From Balanoglossus misakiensis (taxonomy: Eukaryota; Animalia; Hemichordata): a DNA stretch of 64,000 nt. The notes under the pieces are model-generated. The model did not search any database. It was given only the letters and a program-made list of their open reading frames with translations, and was not told the origin of the DNA. Position 1 is the stretch's first letter, and every line of letters starts with the position of its first letter. Made by a program: the position numbers and the translations under genes. Where the stretch lies: positions 649,123 to 713,122 of the forward strand of contig CM082586.2 of NCBI GenBank assembly GCA_040954595.2. Direction: 5' to 3'. Positions 14,119 to 24,308 of the stretch are shown here, one piece after another.

Positions 14119-17100
14119 ATGGCGGGCGAAACCGGAAAAGTGAGTCCTTTCTTCACATTTCATATCATTTTAACAAAAATGACAAACACTAGTATATATA
14201 ATAGTATATCCGACATAGTAATTTACAATTTCTAGGACTGTCCCCGTTCTAGAGCTGCGAATAATAGTATATTAGACATAGTCCTAGGGCTGTGCCCGTA
14301 CTGGAGCTAGACCACGAGTGGGCGTGTCTCTTTTAACGCCGTTGCCTAGCAATGACATTGACAATCCTTTGTACACCTCAAACCGTTACTATTACTCGAT
14401 TTTTGAGAACTCAGAGTGAACTTGGTTTATGCTTCCCTTTCAGGAAGCAATGGTGATCTGTTTGGATGTTGGTCCATCCATGAACCAAGCCCCAGCAGGT
14501 CATGAAACATGTTTGGAGACATCCATCAAAGCTATTTCAAGGATATTACAAAGAAAGGTAAATAAAAATTACTGTGTTCAGTATGCCAGCATATATACTG
14601 AAAGTGTATAGATCTCAACCTAAATTTACACATAATATTGCATGTTATTCTTGCATAGGTTTTTGCAGACTCCAAAGATGAGGTATCCTTGGTGTTATTT
14701 GGAACGCCAGACACAGCCAACGAACTCGCTGAAGGAGACGAATATCAAAACATCACCGTAGCAACACCAATGGGGCCAGTCACTATTGACTTGTTGGAGT
14801 ATGTGGTCAAAGATGTTCAAGCCAGCAACATCTCAGCAGATTGTATCCTTTGCCTTGGCCTGTTTCTCAGTAATGTGTGTTACCCATTATTTTACAATTA
14901 TTGTCAACCAAATATCTTTTGACAGTGTTTTTCCTTGACTTATCTTAAGTTATCGATGCATTGGTTGTGTCAATGGACGTACTGGAAAAATCAGTGAAAG
15001 GAAAGAAATTTGGAGCCAATCGCATCGTTGTCTTTTCAGATCTTGGTGGAGAGTTTAGTGATGATAAACTGACAGAAATCATTAATGGCCTAAAAGCTTT
15101 GGATACAGAGGTCAATCTAATGTAAGCATACAAAATTAAACTCACTTTTCAGAAACACTATTAAAGGGGGACGATCATCTTATGGGTATGTGCCAAACCA
15201 GAGACTCTGGTTACAAAAATTGTATGCAGTCAATGCTGTCCTAACAACAGACAAGATGTGTGTGAAGACAAAGGCATCAAACATGTCAAATATAAAAATA
15301 TCTGTTAATTGTTCTGTGTTGTAGTGGCCCAGACTTTGATGCAGATGACGACGATGATGATGATGATGATGAAGATGAGAATGGAATGGCGGGCGGAGCT
15401 TCGAATGTATTTCACAGAAAAGAGAAGACACCACAACAAAGAGCTGGTGAAGCTCTGATGAAACATCTTCTGGAAATAGTGGATGGAACCTGTCACTCAT
15501 TCAGGTTTGATAAAAGTTTCCTTCAAAGTCTTTTGGTTGTAGATAAAGGCGAAAGAGCAGTTGTGAGCACTTCAAGTTGTTCAACTGAGAGCCAAGATTA
15601 CAATTCTGTTTTTCTTTGCAGTGAAGCGTTGCCTGCCCTCAGTTTTTTCCAGTCCAGATCCATTAAACAAACAGCATGGAAGTGTAAACTGGAAGTTGGT
15701 CCGGATTTGAAGATCCCGGCATGTGGATATCATAAGGTACTCTAGCAGAATGTGTCTTTCAAGAAGATGAGGCTTTCGTTTTTAGGAGAAGGATTCCCAG
15801 TTTCATCAGCTAGTCTTCATTTTCAGGAAATGCAAACCTTTAAGTTTTTCCAATCTTTGGTGTTCAATCTTGTTAAGAAATGATCACATTTCCTTGTAAT
15901 CATTGCTATGTTTCTCTCACCCAGACTAAACCCGGAAAGTTGGCTCGTTCTTGGGGAAGTACTTACATGAAGGGAGCTGGCAAGGAATACTCCATCACGA
16001 ATGTGAGATCTTATCACATGAAAAACGAAGAGGAAACTGAAATTTCCAAAGAAGATTTGGTCAAAGGTAATAGGTCACTTTCGTTTTATCAAGTCGTGAT
16101 CATTATATTACTCCACACATGGCACTATAGTCAATTGTTGTCGTTGTCGTTGTCATGAACTTTTCCGTGCACACATTTACTCTTATCCTGGATATTTCAG
16201 GATATCGCTATGGCAGCGACATCATTCCGATGTCAAAGGAAGACATGGACAACATGGCTTACAAGTCTGGAAACAAATGCTTCAAAGTGCTGGGATTCAC
16301 AAAGGCAGACAATGTAAGGTCAAAGTTCATCTGTAGTATGTCATTTGTCTCTGATAGGCTGCAGTCTAACCAGTGCTTTCAGCTTCTTTAAATCTATGTC
16401 CCTTATCTGAAATGTTTCATTCACAGATCAAGAGACATCATTATTTGGGAGACGGAACCATGTCCTTCGTCTCTGATCCTGGTGACCATGCAGCAGGGGT
16501 TGCCATGTCAGCGCTGATTCAAGCCCTTTATGAAACCAACATGGTGGCCATTGTCAAGAAAGTGTATTCAAGTAGAAGTCAGCCCAGGATTGGATTTTTA
16601 TCACCACACATTGAAGCGAAATATGAGGTTTGTGTGCATATAATTGTCAATGAGAAATACACACTGTTATCTTCCTGTAATCTCCGTAAATCATGACCTT
16701 TAGTGAAGCTTCAAATTGATTTGTCTTATTATTTTCCTCTGCAGTGTTTATTTTACTCAGAGTTGCCGTTCAGTGAAGACGTTCGACAATATACATTTGC
16801 CAGTTTATCTGCAAGCAAGAAGAACCAACCAACAGGTAAAGCTAATGATTGCAGATATTTTCATATTTGTATAGTGAAAACATTATGTAGACACTAGCTG
16901 AATGACTATTTTTTGTCATTTTTTTTATAAAGAGGAACAGTTGTCAGCTGTTGATGATCTCATCACGAACATGGACCTTTTCCAGACGAATGAGTAAGTG
17001 AAAATGTATTGAGTTAGGGGTTCGTTGATGATGACATGATTATACATTTATAAACGTGGATGTGTGGGTGGGGGGATCAGAATTGAAAGCAGAAATTTGG

Positions 17101-18963
17101 TGCACTTCACATTGATTTTGATCTTGATAAATACAGATATTTATTCTTTATCAGGGAAGAAGATGACGACCAAGAAAAACAAGAAGCATTGAAACCAAAG
17201 TTGACCTTTAACCCCTACCTCCAAAGAGCTTATCAGGTTGGTAATTCTCATAAAGCTGTGATGTCTTAATATTCTTTCCTTGATATGAGAGCCATCTGAT
17301 AATTTGTGTCTGTTTACCCAAAGTGCCTTCAACACAGATCCCTTAATCCGAACGACCCACTGCCAGAAATTGACCGTGTGGTAGAATCTTATCTTGAACC
17401 TCCGAAAGAAGTCCTCACTAACTGTGAACCTGATGTTGAAAAGATGAAGAAGCTTTTCAAATTGGAGAAGGTTGTCAAGAAGGAAGATGCTACTAGTGAA
17501 AATCTATGGAAGGATGGGTAAGAGGATTTTGATCAGATGGCCAAAAATGTCCACATTGTTCATATTGCTCCTGGACAATTTCTACTTGGCAAAATAGGAT
17601 GTCTTCAGCTAAAGTATTGTTTCATTTTCTTCTCATTCCACAAATATTGAATTTTTGATCTTCTCAGTGATGTCAGTGAAGGAGCACCTGCCAAGAAACC
17701 GAGAATTGATGAAGATGGTGATGTCACCATGGAAACTCTGGCTAAGGGAAAAGTGTCAGAGGTGAGTCATTGGTTCATCAAAGTCCCTGTTAGCAAAACT
17801 CTTCAGTTACTAGTTCGCTTGTACTAATCAAAAGTTTGTTTTCTTTGATTAGGTTGGAACAGTTGATCCAATAAAGGATTTCAAAACTATGATCAGTCAG
17901 AAAGATGAAGACAGGTTTACTGAAGGTGAGAAAATGTCTCTGTGTTTCTGTAACAGTTCTACAGCAGGTGTATAACCTGTGAAAGCTGCTCAAAAGACAC
18001 TTTACACATGGAGGTTCAAATCCAGTCTTGTTCACACAATCACATGTATAAAATAAGAAAGACTAAACACAAAATTTTCTTTGATTTCAGCCGCCAAACA
18101 GATGCAGGAGAGGATAAGTTCCCTGGTGTTTGATTCATTTGGTTCCCAGTTTTATGGCAAAGCCATGAACTGCTTGAAAGTGCTTCGACAGGAATCAGCA
18201 AAGGTAGGAACTGTTTTGCATGTTAGCAAATACATCTGGATAATGTAATTTTAACAGTGGTTTGGACTGAACCATAGTGGTGAAAGGGTTAATGTGATGT
18301 TTTTCCTTCAAATTTCAGCTGGATGAACCTGAGATGTTTAATGCCTTCTTAAAGGAATTCAAAGAAAAAATGAAACAGAAAAACAGAACTAACTTCTGGG
18401 ACGAAATGTACACAGGTGAGATAGGTCACATTTTAACCTTCATTTCATTTTAACACTTCATTTCATTCTAGCTTGCATATTATTAGCCACGTTACTGAAC
18501 CTGAAAATGTTTTCTTGCAATTTTCAGAATCAGTCACACTGATTGATTCCAGTGAATCTTCTGAGAGTAAAGTCAGCAAAGAAGAAGCTAAAAAGGTGAG
18601 ACATCAATTTTTCTGGTCAGATTGTGATTAGCTCTCTGTTCTCCAGCCGTCATCATCACTGTGCATGTGAAGGTTGAGGAAATCTTTGACAGAAACTCTT
18701 CCCAATATCAACACCTATTATTTTGTCTTCATTTGGAATAGTTCTTGGAAGGAGAGGAGAAGAAAGCAAAAGATGAACCTGTTGTACTAGACGAAGATGA
18801 GCCTGAAGATCTGGTAAGAATAAAACCGTTATTTTTCTTGTTACCAGGAAATGGTGGATGGCATGTGGTAGATACATAGAGAGTCATCCACTTTTGATTT
18901 CCCTCTCTTGACCAATTTCCTATTTTTTTTTATTTTTTTTGTTTCCAGCTTGCACAGATGTGA
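14119..18963 (+). CDS. XRCC5: Ku80 (X-ray repair cross-complementing protein 5), multi-exon
   Basis: MAGETGK|EAMVICLDVGPSM vWA start; LVLFGT..TANEL; ADFIDALVVSMD; GYRYGSDIIP; FKVLGF; LPFSEDVRQY.F; NPYLQR..QCL.HR; VGTVDP; C-terminal DEPEDLLAQM* resembling the DNA-PKcs-binding tail. Confidence 0.96.
14843..14949 (+). other. U12-type (minor spliceosome) GT-AG intron in XRCC5
   Basis: 5'ss GTATCCTTT; branch TTCCTTGAC at 14931-14939, 10 nt from the end of the intron; no polypyrimidine tract; splicing restores the conserved A-D-F-I-D-A-L. Confidence 0.9.
18255..18288. mobile_element. 3' fragment of the 85-bp piggyBac-like MITE
   Basis: tttggactgaaccatagtggtgaaaggg|ttaa matches the right end of the 41559 and 62651 copies. 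Confidence 0.65.
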
Positions 18964-20524
18964 TTTCTGGAGACATTTCCACAGTGATCAACTCAGACAC
19001 CATTCCACAAATGTACGAGAGCACAAGATTTTTGGATGTTTTCTATTATTGGCTGTACCTTTTCATGAATACTTAACACAGGGTATGAATGTTTCTGCTT
19101 GATACTGTAAAAGACATTGAAACCTTGTAAGAAAGAATGGGGCTTTGTAGTCAGATAAATTAGAAGCAAAATCTATCCTATTTTGTTTTGGATATGACAG
19201 GTTTTAGAAGTTACCTTCAGATTGTTAGAGTCTGAGAACTTTAGACATCCCAGAAGATTTGTGTCTTGAATATCAAGCATGACTAGAAGGGAAAGCAAGT
19301 GAGTGACAAGACTTCTTTTTATCCTTCATCATAAATACTTATTTGAAATTCGTTTTACTGTCAGAATGGAGCTTTAATTGTTGGCAGTTTCATGAAATGA
19401 CTATCCTGGAGGGAGATTTGGTTCAGTGTAGATACAGGCAACACAAATATACAAATGTGTTGCTTGTTAATTTGTCACCTTTAAAACTCCTAACATACTA
19501 AATAATCGTAGTTTAATATATAAAATAATTGGCGTATATATGTTAAAGAGGCCTTTTCCTCAATGTAGTCTTCACTTTTCTTTTGTAGTTCAAAGTTCTC
19601 TTATTTTTGGCAATTTTGTGCCATAAACAACTCAGTGAGATTCCATGATTAATACCTAGAATAAACCTGTTAGCCAAATCAACTGATTTTCCCCAACACA
19701 TTGTATTTAAAATGTTGTAAGTTCATGAAATGAACAAAAAATTGGAAACATGTTCGTCTTATGTTACATTTTTCTTTATTTCTCTTACCCTCACGTGACC
19801 TAATATTTGGCATGACCTAATGTTTCCAATGGTACAGGTGAATCTATTTCGGGGCAAAGAGGTGGAGAAGTCTGTCCCCCTCATTAAATGCACAACTTTT
19901 TATACACAATAAACAATTCTAATCACTAATGTGGATAATCTCAAGAAAATGTACAACTATGTGTTTTATCTCTAAAAAATCTTGCTTAATATAATCAGGA
20001 AAAATTGCATTTTGTAATGAAGAATAAATTTATCAAAGTATTCTGATACGGAGAGAGTTGGTTCGATTTTGTGATGGTCGAGATGTGATAAATAGAGACT
20101 TGAAATGGGGAGACGCTGAGGGGATTGTAAGAATGTGTGAAAGAGAAATGAGTCCGGACAATCATAGTAGAATATGCAAGAAAGAGAATTTCAGAATATG
20201 GCTGTCAAAGTAGGAAGTAAATGTACATGTACAATGCAAGGTGTCATGGATGCCATGTGGTGACCTCTGACCCCACAGAACATGAATGAAGGCATGTACA
20301 TACCAAAATATAACAATAACAATAATCATTAGAATGCTGGTGCAGGTCTGAAATTAAATTAATGACATGTATACTGACTGCATTTACATTCTATATTGAA
20401 AAACATTGAAAATTTGTAGTACTTAAAAAAAATTAACAACCCAATTATGACAAAAACACTATTATAGCCACTTGACTTCAAATGTGCTACCCTAGTACAT
20501 ATGAAACATTTATGCAAAGTACTG

Positions 20525-21322
20525 CTATGTATGTTCCCTGACTGCTACGATTTCGGTATTACAGTCAGCCATCCGCGACATTCGAAGAACCCAGTTTGGC
20601 ACTTCATGGACAAGTGTAATGTCCTTAGTGATAGCTCTTTTCGGATAATAATGGATAAATAACTGATCAACAAGGCATAATGTCAAGTCACTGACTAATT
20701 TATCCAAAACTTCGTACTCAAGACCTCGCAAATTCAATCTTAAGACGACAAACTCTTTCTTTGTAACGTAACTGCGAAGCCACTGACTAAAATCGATACT
20801 GTAAGCCGACACATAGCCGGGGTCTAATTTCATGTCGCGAACGAGGTTGTGACTTCGAGACGGTGCACCTGTCCGGTTGGCTGGGTATTTGAGACCTTCG
20901 TCGTGTACCCACACAGCCATATTGCTGTACAGTGAAAATTTGAATCTTTCTTCCAGTGACAATAAACGTGGAGTGTACTTGTCGTTACTTTCAAACGAGT
21001 ACACCCTCCACTTCCAAGGATCATAGTCCATCGTCATCTCAAAGATAGGATCATTTTCGTACACTCTGCCTTTGTAGAACTTCAAAAGCGCGTCACCGTT
21101 CTCGGAACCCGCATCAATGAAAACTCCCTCCGTCTGCATAATTATGAGAGGACGATTGATCAAATTGAGATCGTACGGCATTCCCCATTCTCTGGAGATG
21201 TCGCTGACACGTTTCAAGTCCAAGTTCAGTTGATAATACTCGCCGTAGAGGTTCAAAACGAAAAGGCAGCATACGATGACGAAGAATACGGTGATCTGTC
21301 TCCAAAGTCGTCTCATCCCCAT
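20525..21322 (-). CDS. Type II membrane protein with a degenerate FkbM/Methyltransf_21-like SAM-methyltransferase domain (265 aa, single coding exon)
   Basis: N-terminal MGMRRLWRQ plus hydrophobic anchor; VFIDAGSENG (motif I-like), VYSFES, AVW, IDFSQWL...FVVLRLNLRGLEYEVL...CLVDQLF, paralleling the FkbM K[MI]D[VI]EGxE region; predicted 5'UTR intron 21378..21484. Confidence 0.7.
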   Translation of the reverse strand: MGMRRLWRQITVFFVIVCCLFVLNLYGEYYQLNLDLKRVSDISREWGMPYDLNLINRPLIIMQTEGVFIDAGSENGDALLKFYKGRVYENDPIFEMTMDYDPWKWRVYSFESNDKYTPRLLSLEERFKFSLYSNMAVWVHDEGLKYPANRTGAPSRSHNLVRDMKLDPGYVSAYSIDFSQWLRSYVTKKEFVVLRLNLRGLEYEVLDKLVSDLTLCLVDQLFIHYYPKRAITKDITLVHEVPNWVLRMSRMADCNTEIVAVREHT

Positions 21323-21489
21323 CTTAGACGCGAAATTCTAGCGGTTCACAGCGGCGTATTCTTCATCACTCCAAAGCCTTTGAACAGAAACAGAGAGACA
21401 GGGGGAGATAGTTATTTCCCTCTGCTTCCAGATGTCTACACGATAAAGCAATATGTTTATAGCAAACGAAAGTGCCCAACCTACCTGTT

Positions 21490-22270
21490 GATCGTCATAC
21501 AGACACTGGCGCAGAAAACATTGTCAAGGGTACATTAGTTTATATGCGATAACTCGTATTATTGATAGAAAAGACGGCAAAATTCATCCGAAACCTCAAA
21601 TCACGACCAATCTGTAGAGTGTGCAACGTGGTAGTTACACGGCATCACAATATAGTTATGGGCCTGCGCGACAGCTGTTACCTCTCGTGTTAATCCGACA
21701 GCCTCATCACTAGCTGTATGTTTCCATTCTCTGTCACACTATGGTGAGCATTTGTCTTCCATGGAGAAAATTTGTTTTAAATGCACAGTCTACTAAAGTA
21801 GGCCAGAGAGAAGACAAACGCCTCGCCGTTACGGCGTTAGCCGAATATAGCCAATCAACAGGTGTTTTGTCGCACACCTCACAGAATTTGTTGTCATGTG
21901 CGGGGTTTGGCTCCAACACAAACGGACATCTTCATTTCGTACGCATTTGTTCGCGTAATGCACACGCGCAGTTCGTTTCCAGGTGAAAGTTGTTAGAACT
22001 CTTACCCGGTCATAAAAATAATTTGAGTTACAAATATTGATGAGTTTGTGCGTCTCGTTACTCGTTAATACCTGATATTTGTGACGTCACTTATGTTTGT
22101 TACTTCATGTCTATATACAAGTGCGCATGCACATTTCTGCACACTATGAATGGATCGTTTTTCTAGAAGTGAAATTAATTAATACAGTTTGCTTCTAATA
22201 TAATATATCTACATTCAAGTGAAATACTGACCGACAGAACAAACTGACAGGCATGTGCGCATGACGTTTT
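21490..22270. promoter_or_regulatory. Shared CpG-rich bidirectional promoter / first-intron region of the FkbM-like and sulfotransferase genes
   Basis: Minus-strand donor at 21484 and plus-strand donor at 21983; CCAATCA 21851, CRE GTGACGTCAC 22081-22090, NRF1-like GCGCATGC near 22123. Confidence 0.5.
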
Positions 22271-22781
22271 GTTTATAGACAGTTAATCCTTGAACAGCTG
22301 ACGTTACAGTCTGAAAGAGGCATTACAATCATCACGTGGGCATTTGTTATTTTTTACAACATCGAGACCGTCGTATACCAGAAAATTGTTGTTCCCAAAT
22401 AATTTGATAACCTCTTTAATCGTGAAAATCGAAATTGTGCATTTTCATCTTCATAATGAGCGACTTGTGGATGAATTCGAAGTAAATCATGACCACATCA
22501 TGGATATTGTGCAGTAGACTTTTATTCCGTGTGCATAAAATTCCTTATATTCTCATAATTATCCATTTTAATCATAAACTTTACTTTTTTTCTGTGATGA
22601 CGTAGTGGTAATATAATCATAATATATGGCAGAATAACGTTTTGTTTGTTTTATAAGATTTCTATAGGAACGTCACCTGTTGAACGGATTAGTACGCAAA
22701 TTTTCTTTGTTGATGGGATGGCAGCTATCATGTGCATGGCGTGTTTGGTCGGGGAAAGGGTCGTCGCCAGATAGACGTGAA

Positions 22782-24203
22782 ATGCGTCGACTCGCAAGAT
22801 TCTTTAAGTATGCCGCAGGTTTCGTGTTCTTTCTGGTGATATGTCGCTGGCGGTGCCGCGAAAATGAAAGAGTGACTGTTCGTTTTATCCCCGTTACCGT
22901 GATAGTGCCGGACCGCGACTGGCAACATGATGAACAGACGTTACCGGAATATGACGGAGTCATCGCGCAGCAAACCCCGACCAACTCTGTCACCACAGGT
23001 ACGCATATGTCTACAGCGACAACTCCTACATCGTTTGTTGAAAATCCAAGTACGTTTTCTCTGAACAAACTGCTTTACTTTAATATAACTGGTGTACCTG
23101 CGACTGCGATGCAAGCACAGTCACCCGATGATGACGGTGATGGCGAGTCAAAAGTTCATGTTTTATTACTGGCATCGTTTCGTGGTGGTTCCACTTTCAT
23201 AGGCGAGCTGTTCAACGCGAACAAAGACTTCTTTTATTCGTACGAACCAGGGCGAACTTTGATAAAATGCATGAAGAAGTTCGATCATCCATTTAGCCTT
23301 TTTCGTCCGAAACACATTGAGATGCTGGACAACATATTTCGTTGCAATTTTACTTCGGCGGTGACGCGATGTTACGCATCCGATTTGGCGAAGAGCCCTC
23401 TGGAGAAGAGGACAAGAGAAGTGCCTGTACTGGATGAGAAAACTTTGTGTTCTGGGAGATGGCCAGAATTCGTCCCACCATCCAAACAATGTGCAGTGGT
23501 GCAGCCTGAAATTCTAACCTACCTATGTCGCCAACGCAAACACGTTGCGATCAAATCTATCCGCTTATACGACTTGAATGACATTGTGGTACTTTCCCGT
23601 GACCCCACTCTCAATGTGAAAGTCATTCACATTATTCGGGACCCTCGAGGTAAAGCGCCCTCGTGGATGGAGCGGCGACTTGTCAGCAAGCCAAACTACA
23701 CTCTTGCAGACCTGAACGATAAAGTAATCGAAAGTATGACAGCTTACTGCCAGAATGCGCTAGAAAATATGCTAGTTGGACTGTCTATGCCGAATTGGCT
23801 GAAAGACAGATACAGAGCAGTCAGATATGAAGATGTTGCTATGCAACCATACGAAATGACTCAAGAAATCTACAAATTTATTGGCTTGCCTGTTCCGAAC
23901 TCAGTACTCAACTGGGTCTACAACAATACCAACAACACTGTGGGTGGTCCGTTCTCAACAACCAGAAACTCTGCGGAAGCTGCGTTGGCATGGAAACGAA
24001 CCCTGTCCCCAGATGCGATTCAGAAAATAGAGGAAACTTACCCGTGCAAGGAAATGATGGCTATCGCTGGCTATCGACCAGTTTTCAGCGTCAAAGAACT
24101 GGAGGACACCAACATGACCTTCCTAGATACTTTCCCTCCAGAGTATGTTCCCAATCTTAAATATAGAGAGGATCATTTTCAACCTCTCTTCTGGGTTCCA
24201 TGA
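22782..24203 (+). CDS. Golgi carbohydrate 6-O-sulfotransferase (CHST1/3/5-like), single coding exon; in-frame upstream ATG at 22713 possible
   Basis: Type II anchor MRRLARFFKYAAGFVFFLVIC; Thr-rich stem; 5'-PSB SFRGGSTFIGELFN..FFYSYEP; KSIR; 3'-PB HIIRDPRG; RYEDVA; FSTTRNS; acceptor tctatag 22667. Confidence 0.92.
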   Translation: MRRLARFFKYAAGFVFFLVICRWRCRENERVTVRFIPVTVIVPDRDWQHDEQTLPEYDGVIAQQTPTNSVTTGTHMSTATTPTSFVENPSTFSLNKLLYFNITGVPATAMQAQSPDDDGDGESKVHVLLLASFRGGSTFIGELFNANKDFFYSYEPGRTLIKCMKKFDHPFSLFRPKHIEMLDNIFRCNFTSAVTRCYASDLAKSPLEKRTREVPVLDEKTLCSGRWPEFVPPSKQCAVVQPEILTYLCRQRKHVAIKSIRLYDLNDIVVLSRDPTLNVKVIHIIRDPRGKAPSWMERRLVSKPNYTLADLNDKVIESMTAYCQNALENMLVGLSMPNWLKDRYRAVRYEDVAMQPYEMTQEIYKFIGLPVPNSVLNWVYNNTNNTVGGPFSTTRNSAEAALAWKRTLSPDAIQKIEETYPCKEMMAIAGYRPVFSVKELEDTNMTFLDTFPPEYVPNLKYREDHFQPLFWVP

Positions 24204-24308
24204 TTGTATAAAGGGGAGAATTGAAACAGGAATGCAGTACACAATTCTTATTGCATAATTTTGTTATTGTTGTTTATTCTTATATTGTACAATTCTACAA
24301 TGCAAATG

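Noticed and set aside
22673-23489. Antisense ORFs of 66-131 aa overlapping the sulfotransferase
   Set aside because: Shadow ORFs of a GC-richer coding strand; no motifs
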